Assembly: GCA_965218195.1 (NCBI GenBank)
Contig: OZ244593.1
Location: 3,061,413-3,125,412, forward strand
Reading direction: 5' to 3'
Length of the DNA: 64,000 bases
Origin: Chloroflexota bacterium
GTDB lineage: Bacteria; Chloroflexota; UBA11872; VXNJ01
Part shown: positions 1 through 10,051 of the stretch, piece by piece
Numbering within the stretch: position 1 is the stretch's first letter
How the letters are laid out: every line of letters begins with the position of its first letter
Notes under the pieces: model-generated
Databases searched by the model: none
The model's input: the letters and a program-made list of their open reading frames with translations, nothing else
What the model was told of the DNA's origin: nothing
Program-made: the position numbers and the translations under genes

Positions 1-227
1 AATGTGAGCTTGACCACCATCAACTCATAGCGTCTCGTTAGGATTCGATCAGTTATCTGGCGCGTCTATTCCGACCGTTGCCATCGGACCGTTTGCGGCG
101 ACCCAGCGGTCGAATCCCCGTTCCGGACGAATTCTCAGGGGGCATGTCAACTCTGACAACGCTGTATGCGAGCACGTCGGCCTGTGGGCCAGGCGTCGGG
201 GATTGACTCGCCTCCTGGCACGCACAT

Positions 228-1181
228 ATGATCGTGCGAAATTCTCTGTGTGCTCTATTTGCTGAGGACTTAGGGTTCGAAACCACCATGGCGAGACCGG
301 GCAAGGTAAAGGAACGCCTGGTTCCGTTTATCCCGACTGCAGGTGTCCCGCTGGACATCGTGGAGAAGGTAAAGAGCGCGCGGTCCAACCAGATCATCAG
401 CGACACGTATCCCTACTCGACGAGACTGTCCCGGCGCAAATACGAACGCGACAAGGCGAAGCTGCAGATCGAACTGTTGAAGATGCAGAGGTGGGCTATT
501 GAGAGTGGGGAGCGGATCGTCCTGTTGTTTGAGGGGCGCGACGCTGCCGGCAAAGGCGGGGCGATAAAGCGCTTCATCGAGCACCTCAATCCGCGCGGCG
601 CGACTCTGGTGGCGCTTTCGGCGCCATCCGACAGGGAGCGTGGGCAATGGTACTTTCAGCGTTACGTTCAGCACCTGCCGACGAGCGGGGAGATCGTATT
701 CTTCGACCGGTCTTGGTACAACCGGGCGGTGGTGGAGCCGGTGATGGGATTCTGCACGCCGGCAGATACGTTGCGGTTTCTGCGAGACACGGTGTTGTTC
801 GAGGAGATGCTGATAAACGAAGGCATTCGATTGTATAAGTTCTGGTTCTCGGTAAGCCGTGAGGAGCAACTCAGGCGTCTCATGTCCCGCAGGAAGGATG
901 CGCTTAAGCAGTGGAAGGTGAGCCAGGTCGATGTCCGGTCGCTGCCGCTGTGGGACGAGTTCACGGAAGCGAAGAAGGGGATGTTCGCAGCGACAGACAC
1001 GAAGGCATCACCGTGGGTGGTCGTGAAGTCAGACGACAAGCGGCGTGCTCGCCTGGCCTGCATGCGCTACGTACTGCGCAGTCTGAAGTACGACCGAGGC
1101 GTGCGTAAGCGCGTAGCCGAGCCTGATCCGTTCCTAATTGGACCTGCGGAGAATCTCTACGCGAAGGGCGAAATCTGGTAG
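228..1181 (+). CDS. Polyphosphate kinase 2 (PPK2 family). The true start may be the ATG at 288 (MARPGKVKERL...).
   Basis: The protein shows EGRDAAGKGG (Walker A-like), YFQRY and FDRSWYNR motifs, and its length and overall layout are typical of PPK2. Confidence 0.85.
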   Translation: MIVRNSLCALFAEDLGFETTMARPGKVKERLVPFIPTAGVPLDIVEKVKSARSNQIISDTYPYSTRLSRRKYERDKAKLQIELLKMQRWAIESGERIVLLFEGRDAAGKGGAIKRFIEHLNPRGATLVALSAPSDRERGQWYFQRYVQHLPTSGEIVFFDRSWYNRAVVEPVMGFCTPADTLRFLRDTVLFEEMLINEGIRLYKFWFSVSREEQLRRLMSRRKDALKQWKVSQVDVRSLPLWDEFTEAKKGMFAATDTKASPWVVVKSDDKRRARLACMRYVLRSLKYDRGVRKRVAEPDPFLIGPAENLYAKGEIW

Positions 1182-1189
1182 TGCGTCGA

Positions 1190-2150
1190 GCAAGCGAAAA
1201 GGGCGGGCGCGGATACTGGCAACGACCGGCATGTCAAGGGCGGCGAGAAAACAGGCCACGCGGTGTCGATGGTCAGGATAAATGTCCGGCTAAGTGACCA
1301 GCATAAATGTCACCGGTACTCGGGCCGATGCTAGCAGATCACTCGGTCCCGACCACGGAGCGCTTCACGGGTGGACTCACAGCCTCCATGTATTTCTTTG
1401 CCGTGGCACGATGGATGCCGAGTTCGCGTGCGACCCCGCGAATCGACAGGCCCCTGCGCTTCGCCTTCTGAACGGCGTTCCACCTTGCCGTCTGAAGCGG
1501 CGTGGGCTTGTTGCGTTGCGTGGCAGGCGGCTTGCGGACTCTGGCAGTGCCGTTGTCGACGGCGGTGTCGTCAGCATCGGCGATGTCCATTCTGGTGTCG
1601 AGTGCTGCCAGGGCCGCCTTCCAGCGCCTGCCCAGACCGTTGCGACCGCCATATGTGGGTGGCCGGTGTGAGGAAGAGCCGTTGAAGCTTCTGAGTACGC
1701 TCGGGCGGGCTGGCGCCTCCTGGCTGGCGATGATCTCTCCCTGGTAACGCACTGCCAACTGGCCGTCCAAGCCTTCCAGGACCTCTACCACCGCTCCCGC
1801 ATAGCTGCGCCGCTCCGTCCCCGGCAGCAGCTGAAGCGTTCTCCATCTGTACTTCACCGTGTTGTCCCTGGCCACCCTGCGGCTGTGTCTGAAGCAGAGC
1901 ACCCTGCCCAGGCATACGTCCGGTCCCAACGGGCGGTAGGCAGCCTCGGGGTGCCGTGCCGGCACTCCAAAGCGAGTGTTGAAGCGGTCAAGGAACTCCT
2001 CCAGCACGGCGTTGGCCTCCTCCAGGGTGACTGCACCCGCGAGCCCAAGCTCTGTCACCAACCTGTCCTGGTACGTCCCCGCGGTGCGCTCCACTCTACC
2101 CTTGGCCTGCGGTGACAGGGCAAGACCAATTGGCCCAGTTTCTAACATTT
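1190..2150 (-). mobile_element. 3' portion of an rve-type IS (copy 1), ending next to the PPK2 stop codon.
   Basis: Sub-terminal direct repeats GACATTT(AT/TC)GCTG x2 at about 1262-1300 match those downstream of copy 2 (42695-42760). Homology to copy 2 covers the transposase 3' half. Confidence 0.5.
1339..2148 (-). pseudogene. 5'-truncated DDE (rve-type) IS transposase fragment. It keeps the catalytic-core C-terminus (SPQAKGRVER) and a C-terminal HTH-like segment. It is copy 1 of a repeated IS.
   Basis: It carries the rve signature QAKGRVERTAGTYQDRLVTELGL. It aligns with the protein pieces at 41615-42694 (same family, KYRWRTLQLLP, GLSIRG(V/I)ARELGIHR). The ORF begins inside the catalytic domain, so the N-terminus is missing. 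Confidence 0.6.
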
Positions 2151-2210
2151 ATCCTGGACCAGGTTTCGGGGAGCAGACCACTGCTGACGATGGTGTGGAC
2201 GATTGTCGAA

Positions 2211-2250
2211 TGGCAGGCAGGTCAAGCCGACGTGATTGACCTGCCTGCCA
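2211..2250. promoter_or_regulatory. Perfect 15-bp inverted repeat TGGCAGGCAGGTCAA-N10-TTGACCTGCCTGCCA.
   Basis: Read directly. It lies between the IS-fragment boundary and the lipoprotein gene. Confidence 0.4.
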
Positions 2251-2422
2251 TTGATAGTGTGGGCACCGTACGCTACGGAACGAATTACAGGCAGACTGCG
2301 TATTATCTTGATGAGGGGAGAAAAGGCGGGACGACGCCGATGCGCGGGATAGGCTCGGTGAGCCGCCGATTGTCCCCACACGCCTTTGACGTTAATGCTA
2401 TCTAAGCGCTGTATCAGTCGAG

Positions 2423-4876
2423 GTGACGGTGATGAAGTGGACCAGTCGCTTTCGTTGCAGGGCTAGATTCTGTGTCCTTGCGGTAGTGAGTTTAGCGATG
2501 TGGCTGAGTGCGTTTGGGTGCGAGGAGCAGCCGAACGTCACAGAGAATATCGTAACCCGAAAACCTCCCGTTCACGGACTGCTTCCGTCTCCCGAGAAAT
2601 CAACTGAGGCGTCAGTCGAGGCATCAATAGGTGATCCTGGTCCCTGCGACTCTCGTTTTGCCCCCGGATCACTGAGCCGGCCGCGGTTCGTGCGGTGGAG
2701 CCCGGACGGTACGCAAATTGTGTTCAGCGAGGGGCCCGGGGTGTATGCGGTCGCGGTGGATGGGACCGGGTTTCGGCAGATCCTGCATCCGTCCTCCCAG
2801 AGAGGGAGTAGAACGGGACCGATGAGCTACTTCGCCATCTCGCCGGACGGCGCGCGCATCGTCTATTCGACATGCAAATACGTGCGGGAGTGGCCGTCCA
2901 GCGACGACGGGCCACGTGATGACCTTGAATTCGAGCTAGAGACGGTCAACATCGATGGGACGGACGCGCGGCGGCTTACGAAGAACGACACATTTGAAAA
3001 CTATCCGGATTGGTCCCCGGACGGGGGGCGGATAGCGTTCGTATCGGGTGGTGGACTGGAAGACCTATTGGCGAAGAGGGTACACATCCACTCGATGGCG
3101 GCGGACGGAACGGACCGGCGGGTGGAGGCGTGGCTGGTTGCGCGCCATCCGCCGCAATGGTCGCCTGACGGTGAGCGGATTGCATATGTGGGCAGGGACG
3201 AAGACGAGGGGCGAGCGATCTACGTAATAGGGGCTGGGGAACCGCTGAGGATTACGGACGCGGTAAGCGGACCCACGTGGTCGCCAGACGGTGAGCGTAT
3301 AGCTTACGCGAAGGTGGACGGGGACGAGGTGGCGCTGTACACGATCGCGGCGGACGGGACGGACGCGCGGCGACTGACGGCGATCGACGGTTGGCAGCCG
3401 GGGTACGGGGAGCTTGATCCGTCCAAGGCATGGATCAACAAAGTGTCGTGGTCACCTGACCGATCGAAGATTCTGTTCCTAGTCAACAACGTCGACTACG
3501 ACCGACTTTACTCCGAGGTGCACGTCATCGGACCGGACGGCGGGGGTCTTGCGAGAGTGACGGTGCGAAAGCCCTTACCCGACTCGATAAGCGACGCGGC
3601 GTGGTCGCCTGACGGGACGCGGATAGCGATGGTCGGTGCATTCGGAAGTCGACGGTCCAATGACCCCGCTAAGTCGATGGCGCTGGTGACTGTCGCCGTG
3701 GACGGGACCGACCTGCGAGTGCTGGTGGGCAGACAGGACGACGGCCAACTGGTGGGGCTAGGCGTCGTGCGAGGCGATATCTCGGCCCACGTGGCGGCGT
3801 GCGGAGATGGCGTGGCGGTAGCGGAGCCTGAGGCGAATCCCGGGCTGGTCGAGGACTGCGCGGCGCTGCTGGAGGTACAGAACGCCGTGGCGGGGCCCGA
3901 CGGGTTGAATTGGTTCGTCGAGTGGAGCATGAGTGAGTGGGAAGGGGTGGTAGTGGAAGGATCGCCGCCGCGGGTGACTGAGATAGCGCTAGCAGGATGG
4001 GGGCTGGCAGGTGAGGTACCTACCGAGCTGAGCAGGTTGACAGGGCTGCGGGTGCTGGCCATGTCGAACAACGCGTTGATGGGTAAGATTCCCGCGGAGT
4101 TGGGCGATCTGACGAACCTAGAGAGGCTTGATCTCAGCGGTAACTACCTAAGCGGAGAGATACCGGCGAAGCTGGGCGAGCTCAGCGGACTTGCCAGTTT
4201 GTCGCTTGGCGGCAACAACCTAAAGGGTGAGATACCGCCGGAGCTGGGTGAGCTGAAGAACTTGAAGGGGCTGAACCTCAGCCATAACTACCTTAGCGGG
4301 GAGATACCGGCGGAGCTGGGGCGACTGAGCGGCTTAGGTGGGTTGGACCTAAGCCGCAACCGGCTTGCGGGGAAGATGCCGGCCGAGTTGGGGCAGTTGA
4401 CCGGGCTCGAGTACCTCAACCTCGTCGACAACGAGTTAACGGGAGAGATCCCGGCAGAGTTGGGCCGGTTGAGCGAACTGACGAATATGAATCTCAGCCA
4501 CAACCATTTGACGGGAGATATCCCCGTTGAGTTGGGACAGTTGACAGGTCTGAGAGTGTTGGACCTCAGCGACAACGAGTTGGCGGGTGATATACCGGCG
4601 GAGGTTGGGGAGCTGAAGAACCTGGAGGACTTGATGCTCCACAAAAACCAACTGAGCGGTGCGATACCGGGGGAGTTGGGCGAGTTGAAGAACATGGAGG
4701 AGCTGAGCCTCTACGAAAACCGTCTGAGCGGTGCGATACCTGCGGATTTGGCGCGGCTGACAGACTTGGATGAGTTGTACTTATCTGGCAACGAGTTGAC
4801 GGGATGCATACCCGAGGGATTGAAAAAGATCAGGTACAACGATCTGGACGCGCTTGAGTTGCCGGACTGCGAGTGA
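2423..4876 (+). CDS. Lipoprotein with an N-terminal TolB/PD40-like beta-propeller (seven W-S-P-D-G repeats) and a C-terminal plant-type leucine-rich-repeat domain.
   Basis: The N-terminus has a signal peptide with a lipobox (LSAFGC). It is followed by repeated (W/I)SPDG(T/E/G)RI(A/V) blades. Then come about eleven 24-aa LxxLxLxxNxLsGxIPxxLGxL units. Confidence 0.8.
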   Translation: MTVMKWTSRFRCRARFCVLAVVSLAMWLSAFGCEEQPNVTENIVTRKPPVHGLLPSPEKSTEASVEASIGDPGPCDSRFAPGSLSRPRFVRWSPDGTQIVFSEGPGVYAVAVDGTGFRQILHPSSQRGSRTGPMSYFAISPDGARIVYSTCKYVREWPSSDDGPRDDLEFELETVNIDGTDARRLTKNDTFENYPDWSPDGGRIAFVSGGGLEDLLAKRVHIHSMAADGTDRRVEAWLVARHPPQWSPDGERIAYVGRDEDEGRAIYVIGAGEPLRITDAVSGPTWSPDGERIAYAKVDGDEVALYTIAADGTDARRLTAIDGWQPGYGELDPSKAWINKVSWSPDRSKILFLVNNVDYDRLYSEVHVIGPDGGGLARVTVRKPLPDSISDAAWSPDGTRIAMVGAFGSRRSNDPAKSMALVTVAVDGTDLRVLVGRQDDGQLVGLGVVRGDISAHVAACGDGVAVAEPEANPGLVEDCAALLEVQNAVAGPDGLNWFVEWSMSEWEGVVVEGSPPRVTEIALAGWGLAGEVPTELSRLTGLRVLAMSNNALMGKIPAELGDLTNLERLDLSGNYLSGEIPAKLGELSGLASLSLGGNNLKGEIPPELGELKNLKGLNLSHNYLSGEIPAELGRLSGLGGLDLSRNRLAGKMPAELGQLTGLEYLNLVDNELTGEIPAELGRLSELTNMNLSHNHLTGDIPVELGQLTGLRVLDLSDNELAGDIPAEVGELKNLEDLMLHKNQLSGAIPGELGELKNMEELSLYENRLSGAIPADLARLTDLDELYLSGNELTGCIPEGLKKIRYNDLDALELPDCE
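4000..4850 (+). repeat. Tandem 72-bp coding repeats (LRR units) inside the lipoprotein gene.
   Basis: There is a repeating DNA/protein period: GEIPAELG(R/E/Q)L(S/T/K)(G/N)L..L(D/N)LS.N.L. Confidence 0.8.
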
Positions 4877-5059
4877 GCGGGGCGGTGCCGGTGATGAGTG
4901 GGATGAGCCGAGCGGCAAGGGCGAGCTAACCTCCCCGCAGGTTAAAGGTGCGGTCGCACTAGGTTAGGTAACGAAACACACGGTCGCGGCGTATTCTGGA
5001 CTTGACCCGTTTTGGCGGACATCCAAAATGTGGGGCGTTGCCCCGGAGAGGATGTCTAG

Positions 5060-5359
5060 ATGGAGAAGCGAGAGCAGCGAAAAAGGCGTTCGTTCACACT
5101 GGAGTTCAAGGCTGAAGTCGTAGAGCTATGCCAGGCAGGCGATCGGTCCATCGGCCAAGTCTGCCGAGACTTGGGCCTGACTGAGACGGCGGTCCGCAGA
5201 TGGGTGATGCAGGCCGAGATCGACGCCGGTGAGCGCGAAGGGCTGGGCACCGAAGAGCGTGTGGAACTGGCCCGGCTGCGCAAGGAGAACCGCATTCTGC
5301 GGCAAGAGCGCGACATCCTGAAGCGCGCAACGGCTTTCTTCGCCAAGGAGACCCGGTGA
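5060..5359 (+). CDS. IS3-family transposase OrfA (HTH plus leucine zipper).
   Basis: The sequence SFTLEFKAEVVELCQAGDRSIGQVCRDLGLTETAVRRW with an LRKENRILRQERDILKRA zipper is typical of IS3 OrfA. Confidence 0.85.
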   Translation: MEKREQRKRRSFTLEFKAEVVELCQAGDRSIGQVCRDLGLTETAVRRWVMQAEIDAGEREGLGTEERVELARLRKENRILRQERDILKRATAFFAKETR

Positions 5360-6258
5360 ACGTGTACCCGTTCATCGAGGCGGAGAGGGTTGAGCGTAGC
5401 AATGCCCGCCGGGCGTGCGTGATGCTCGAGGTCTCCCGTGCCGCCTACTACGGCTGGGCCAGGCAGATCCCTTCGGCGCGCCAGTCCTCTGATGAAGCCC
5501 TACTCGCCAAGATCAAAGACATCCACACCGCCAGCCGCGGCACCTATGGATCCCCGCGGGTTCATGCTCAGCTGCGTAACGATGGCCAGGCGTGCGGGCG
5601 CAAGCGGGTGGCGCGGCGCATGCGTCATAACAGCATCGTGGGGCGGTGCAAGCGACGGTTTAGGCGCACCACCATCGCCGATCCCGATGCGGCCACGACC
5701 GCCGTGGATCTGGTCAAGCGCAGCTTCGTCCCCGCTGCCAACGAGATCGATCGGCTGTGGTGCTCCGACGTTACCTACATCCGCACCTGGGAAGGCTGGC
5801 TCTACCTGGCCACGGTGATCGACGTCGCCTCGCGGCGCGTCGTCGGCTGGGCCATGGCCGACCACATGCGTACAGAACTCGTCTGCGACGCTCTACGCAT
5901 GGCCATCCACCATCGCCGGCCCGCTCCCGGGCTGATATTGCATTCAGACCGCGGCTCGCAATACGCCTCGACCGTGTTCGGCAATCTGCTCGACGCCAAC
6001 GGCATACGCCAGTCCCTGTCCCGGCCGGGTCAGTGCTGGGACAACGCCGTCGCCGAGAGCTTCTTCGCCACCCTCAAAACCGAGCTCGTTCATATGCACG
6101 CATGGTCAACTCGTGCCCAAGCCCGTAACGCGATATTCGAGTTCATGGAAGTCTTTTACAACCGCTTGAGGCTGCATTCAGCGCTTCGATACCTGTCCCC
6201 AGAGGACTACCAACGGAGGCGCGCAAGACTCGACGCCAGGACCAAAGCAGCGGCATAG
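5356..6258 (+). CDS. IS3-family transposase OrfB (DDE integrase core).
   Basis: It contains DVTYIRT...VIDVASRRVVGWAM, HSDRGSQY and CWDNAVAESFFATLKTEL motifs and overlaps orfA in the -1 frame. Confidence 0.85.
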   Translation: MNVYPFIEAERVERSNARRACVMLEVSRAAYYGWARQIPSARQSSDEALLAKIKDIHTASRGTYGSPRVHAQLRNDGQACGRKRVARRMRHNSIVGRCKRRFRRTTIADPDAATTAVDLVKRSFVPAANEIDRLWCSDVTYIRTWEGWLYLATVIDVASRRVVGWAMADHMRTELVCDALRMAIHHRRPAPGLILHSDRGSQYASTVFGNLLDANGIRQSLSRPGQCWDNAVAESFFATLKTELVHMHAWSTRAQARNAIFEFMEVFYNRLRLHSALRYLSPEDYQRRRARLDARTKAAA

Positions 6259-6295
6259 TGAATGTGTCTGTCAAACTGGGTCAACCCCACTTCGC

Positions 6296-7393
6296 TCAAT
6301 TGGGCAGCACGTCTACACATTCCAGATCGACGACGGCCGCGGCCACACGTTCCGCGAGCGCGGCGAATAGGGCGCGGCCCTGTGCATTGCGCGGGCCAAG
6401 CGCCACTGTGAGAACCGAGACGCGGGCAAGAATATCGATCATCGCGATTCGATAGTCGCCGAAGCACTCCTGGTCGGAGTACCCGCGCACGCCACGGGCC
6501 ATGAGCGCGGCCGCGTACGCCGCAATTGCCTCGCTCTCCACTTCGCGCCGGAGCTCCGCCGGACCGCAGGCCACCAGGAAATACGCCGCGTCGCACACGC
6601 CGGCGCCGCGCATGGTCACCTGCCAGTCGATGGCGGCTATGGCCCCGCCGGCGTCCGTTGAGCTGAACAGCAGGTTATCGGGCCGAAAATCGCCGTGAAG
6701 CAGGGTGGGTGGCAGCGACGAGAGCCGCTGCCGCGCATAGTCGAGTCCGCGTCGCAGCCTGTCGCTGGCGGCCAGGAAGCTGGACGGAAAACGGCTGCCG
6801 TACCGATCGATGAACTCGGCCCAGTACTGGCGGCTCAGTGCGTGGCGTTTGGTTGCGAGGGTCTCGAAGGTTGGGATCCAGTCGATGGAGGCCAGCTCGG
6901 GGCTGTTCCACCATCGGGCATGCAGCATGGCGGCATGCTTGAGGGCATCGGCGATCTGGTCGGCCGAGCAACCAACCAGGGGATCGCCGACGCGAGCCGG
7001 AGCCAGGTCCTCCAGCAGCAGGATGAACGCGCCCCCGATGGGGTCCACGCTACCGTAGTAGAGGCCCGGTGTGCGTAAATCCAGCGTTGGGGCGAGCTGT
7101 CGGTAGAAACGTAGCTCGCGCGTCGGCGCTCCGAGGTCTCGGAGAAGCTCGCGGGTCGAACGAACCGGACTGTGCAGCTTGGCGATGAGCGACGGCGGTG
7201 CGGCAGCCCGAGCGTCGCTGTAGGCGATGTGCATCCTTTGAACCTGGCCCGCGAAGCCCTGGTTTCCGGCGATCGCCTCGGCACGAACGCGCGTGACGGA
7301 GCCAGTCTCCAGAACATCCGACGAGCGCAGGGCTTCGGTAAGCCACCGCGGCGTGATGGCATTCAGGCCCGCGGGGATCTCGAGTGCGGCCAC
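6296..7393 (-). CDS. Phosphotransferase-family kinase (APH/choline-kinase-like fold).
   Basis: It has the LHGDFRPDNLLF catalytic loop and an IDWQ motif, and its length (365 aa) fits the family. Confidence 0.7.
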   Translation of the reverse strand: MAALEIPAGLNAITPRWLTEALRSSDVLETGSVTRVRAEAIAGNQGFAGQVQRMHIAYSDARAAAPPSLIAKLHSPVRSTRELLRDLGAPTRELRFYRQLAPTLDLRTPGLYYGSVDPIGGAFILLLEDLAPARVGDPLVGCSADQIADALKHAAMLHARWWNSPELASIDWIPTFETLATKRHALSRQYWAEFIDRYGSRFPSSFLAASDRLRRGLDYARQRLSSLPPTLLHGDFRPDNLLFSSTDAGGAIAAIDWQVTMRGAGVCDAAYFLVACGPAELRREVESEAIAAYAAALMARGVRGYSDQECFGDYRIAMIDILARVSVLTVALGPRNAQGRALFAALAERVAAAVVDLECVDVLPN

Positions 7394-7618
7394 GGCGGGC
7401 TCCCAAGCTGAGTGTCGGTCGCGATACTACAGGCGGCGGCCGGATGGGAGCGGGCGCCCGCTAACTGCAATCTCGTTACGTGGGTTAGGAATATCGTAAG
7501 TCCGGGATTTGCGTTCGACATCACAATCTCGTGTGTCACTGGATCGAAAGGACGCGGCATCGTGCCAAAAGTTGCGGCGAGTCGGCATATTGCCACCCCA
7601 CCTACGAGCCTCTGGGAC

Positions 7619-8017
7619 CTTATGAGCAGAGTTGATCTGCGCGCCGACTGGGATTTGAGCGTTAAGCAATTTCACCGATCTGGACGAGATGATGATTTGC
7701 CGAATATGCGTTTGCGGTACCGGGCACCCCTGATATTCGGACTATTCTGGGAATGGGAGGGCGCTTACGTAACCTACAAGCCGCCACACCGAACCGCGGT
7801 TCAAATGGTGAATGGCTCTCGTCTGCGGCCGTTCAAGCGCCTCGCTGGTAGCTGGATCCTAAGCGAGGAGAGTGGTGGAACCCGTCTGGAGTTGATCGTG
7901 CAGTTCGAGTCCCGGCTGCCAATTGCGGCAAAACTCATGTCACCGATGATCAAGCGAATCCTGGAACGCAGCCTCGTGCGACTTGAAGAGCTCGCATCCG
8001 GTCGCAGTCACCCTTGA
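7619..8017 (+). CDS. SRPBCC/polyketide-cyclase-like small protein. The ORF track extends it to 7412, but the likely start is the Met at 7619.
   Basis: It is about 130 aa, and its beta-rich pattern (WEWEGAYVTYKP...LELIVQFESRLP) resembles the Polyketide_cyc2 fold. The assignment is weak. Confidence 0.35.
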   Translation, partial: LMSRVDLRADWDLSVKQFHRSGRDDDLPNMRLRYRAPLIFGLFWEWEGAYVTYKPPHRTAVQMVNGSRLRPFKRLAGSWILSEESGGTRLELIVQFESRLPIAAKLMSPMIKRILERSLVRLEELASGRSHP

Positions 8018-8121
8018 CGGGCTCCACGCCGACCTGTGCTTTCACGCGCTCTGATTGGGGCCGCTGTCTCGATTTCTAATGTGGATTCAGTGAGTCTCCA
8101 TTGAGATCATTCGGCCCATCC

Positions 8122-8580
8122 CTAACTTACGAATCGAAGGACTTCGTCCACCGCAAGCCTGCCAATGGGCCCGGTGCTGTAGACGCTCACCTCGACCTTG
8201 CGATCGGCGTCGATGACGAACTGCGCCGGATGAATGGTCGGCCTCGTTGCGTGGTGGTACGCGCCAATGAGATCGGCGTGCTCCGGGAATCTGACATCGT
8301 GGACCACCTTGTACTTAATCCCGAGACGCTCGACGAGGGCGTTCGCCTGGTCCTCGGTATCAACCGAAAGTGCCACAATCTGCACCGCAAGAGCCTCGAA
8401 CGCATCGATTTGAAACTGATACTCGGCCAACTGCCGCCTGCAGTGGCTTTACCAATGGCCCCGGTAGAAAAGAAGCACCGCAGTGGTCATCCCCAGGTCG
8501 TCTGGAATTGTTATCTCGCCGCCCCCGGCAAGCCTGACGGTCAGGGACGGGAACTCGTCGCCGGGAACTAGCTGAGGCAT
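8122..8580 (-). pseudogene. Peroxiredoxin-like (redoxin/AhpC-TSA) gene interrupted by an in-frame TAA at the catalytic cysteine position.
   Basis: The reverse-strand translation reads MPQLVPGDEF...VLLFYRGHW*SHCRRQLAEYQFQ... and continues into the 102-aa redoxin C-terminal part. The expected motif is HW-C-P-x-C, and the codon there is TAA. Confidence 0.55.
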
Positions 8581-8766
8581 TCAACAACTCCGCTCGGTCC
8601 GCTCGGCCGGCATGAGTCCAAGATCGGTGACTGGCAGGGGCAGAATAGCAGGCACGTGGAAGTTCCGACCGGCGGCCCGCTCCGCCCCTGTCGCAGATCG
8701 GCTTGTTTCACGCGCAATCGTCCGGCACGGTTTGCGCAGCCCATGTCGGATCGAGCCTTGCAACCG

Positions 8767-9717
8767 TTACGCACTGGCGCGATTCGCCGCATCGAGAACG
8801 TCGTCATCCAACTCCCACCCGGCAGCGCCTGCGTTGGCCATAACCTGCTCGGCCGTAGTGGCCCCCGCAATCACCGAGCTAACTGCTGGATGAGCCGTAA
8901 GCCAACTGAAGGCCAGCTCCAGCAGGCTGTGGCCGGCGCCGTCTGCAATCTTGCGAAGTTGCTCGACGGTTTCCAGCTTCGCGTCACTCGCGAATCGCTC
9001 CGCCGCCGCCCCTCCCTCGGAAAGACGAGATCCTTCGGGCATCGACTGGCCCTTCCGGTACTTGCCGGTCAGAGCTCCGCTGGCAAGCGGAAAATACGGA
9101 AGGATGCCCAACCCGTGGGCTTCCGCCGCGGGCATCACCTCAGCCTCGATTTTGCGGTTCAAAAGACTGTACTCATTCTGGGCGGAGATAAATGGCGTGA
9201 GGCCGCGAGACTCCGCGATCCAGTCTGCGTCTGCGATCTGCCAGCCAGCGAAGTTGGAGTTTCCGATGTAGCGGACCTTTCCGGCCTGCACCATGGAATC
9301 AAGGGCGGTCAGAGTCTCTTCGATTGGCGTCTCCGGATCGGGAAAATGGACCTGATACAGATCGATGTAATCCGTTTGTAAACGGCGCAGACTCGCCTCG
9401 ACCGCTCGCACGGCGTAGCGGCGCGAAGTTCCCCCCGCATACCGATCATCGTCGGCCATCGCCCCGGCAAACTTGGTGGCAAGAATGACTCGATCACGGC
9501 GCCCCTCCAACGCATGCCCCAGGTACTCCTCGGACAGCCCCCGCGGGCCGTAGGTGTCGGCAGTGTCAAGCAAAGTGATGCCGGCATCGAGTGCGGCATC
9601 CACGATTGCTCGAGTCTGCTCGGCATCGCAGCGGCGACCGAAGTTGTTGCAGCCGAGGCCCACGATTGAAACCTCCAACCCCGAATCACCGAGCCGCCTG
9701 TATTTCATGTTCTTCAC
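8767..9717 (-). CDS. Aldo/keto reductase family oxidoreductase.
   Basis: It has the LDTADTYG and IDLYQVH AKR signatures and is 316 aa. Confidence 0.9.
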   Translation of the reverse strand: MKNMKYRRLGDSGLEVSIVGLGCNNFGRRCDAEQTRAIVDAALDAGITLLDTADTYGPRGLSEEYLGHALEGRRDRVILATKFAGAMADDDRYAGGTSRRYAVRAVEASLRRLQTDYIDLYQVHFPDPETPIEETLTALDSMVQAGKVRYIGNSNFAGWQIADADWIAESRGLTPFISAQNEYSLLNRKIEAEVMPAAEAHGLGILPYFPLASGALTGKYRKGQSMPEGSRLSEGGAAAERFASDAKLETVEQLRKIADGAGHSLLELAFSWLTAHPAVSSVIAGATTAEQVMANAGAAGWELDDDVLDAANRASA

Positions 9718-10051
9718 CCCGTATCATGCGCGCAGTCCCCCATGCTACAGCCGTGTCAAAAACGATCGCGCGAACGCTCGTCCGCGATTTAGGCAAATCC
9801 CTTCCCGAATTCGCAACTATGCCGACATAGTTTCCGGGCGAGTGGCGTCGGCTCTCATCCTGTCATCGTGCCTCATTCGGCTCCGCTGAATTGCATACCG
9901 GGCCGCGGACGGCGTGTCGGTATCGGCTTGCGGCTTGTTGTGCCCGAAAGACTCTGGAGCATGGCGCAGGCATGCAGTTTGAACACCCTGAACGGCCGTC
10001 GTAAGCTGTCAAGCGTCCGCTGGTTAAAACGATGCAAAGGGAGGCGAGTTC

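Larger units (their letters stand above)
4997..6289 (+). mobile_element. IS3-family insertion sequence (about 1.29 kb) with imperfect terminal inverted repeats.
   Basis: The left end TGGACTTGACCCGTTTTGGCGGACA matches the reverse complement of the right end TGGGGTTGACCCAGTTTGACAGACA. OrfA and OrfB overlap in a -1 arrangement. The right end sits 6 bp from the stop codon of the neighbouring kinase gene. Confidence 0.8.

Noticed and set aside
270-869. A 199-aa minus-strand ORF inside the PPK2 gene.
   Set aside because: It is an antisense artefact. The plus-strand gene carries all the PPK2 motifs.
8431-8436. Selenocysteine at the peroxiredoxin catalytic position.
   Set aside because: The codon is TAA, not TGA. 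No SECIS-like hairpin was sought further.
8101-8571. A 156-aa plus-strand ORF overlapping the peroxiredoxin region.
   Set aside because: It is antisense to a recognisable redoxin reading frame. It has no motif and atypical composition.
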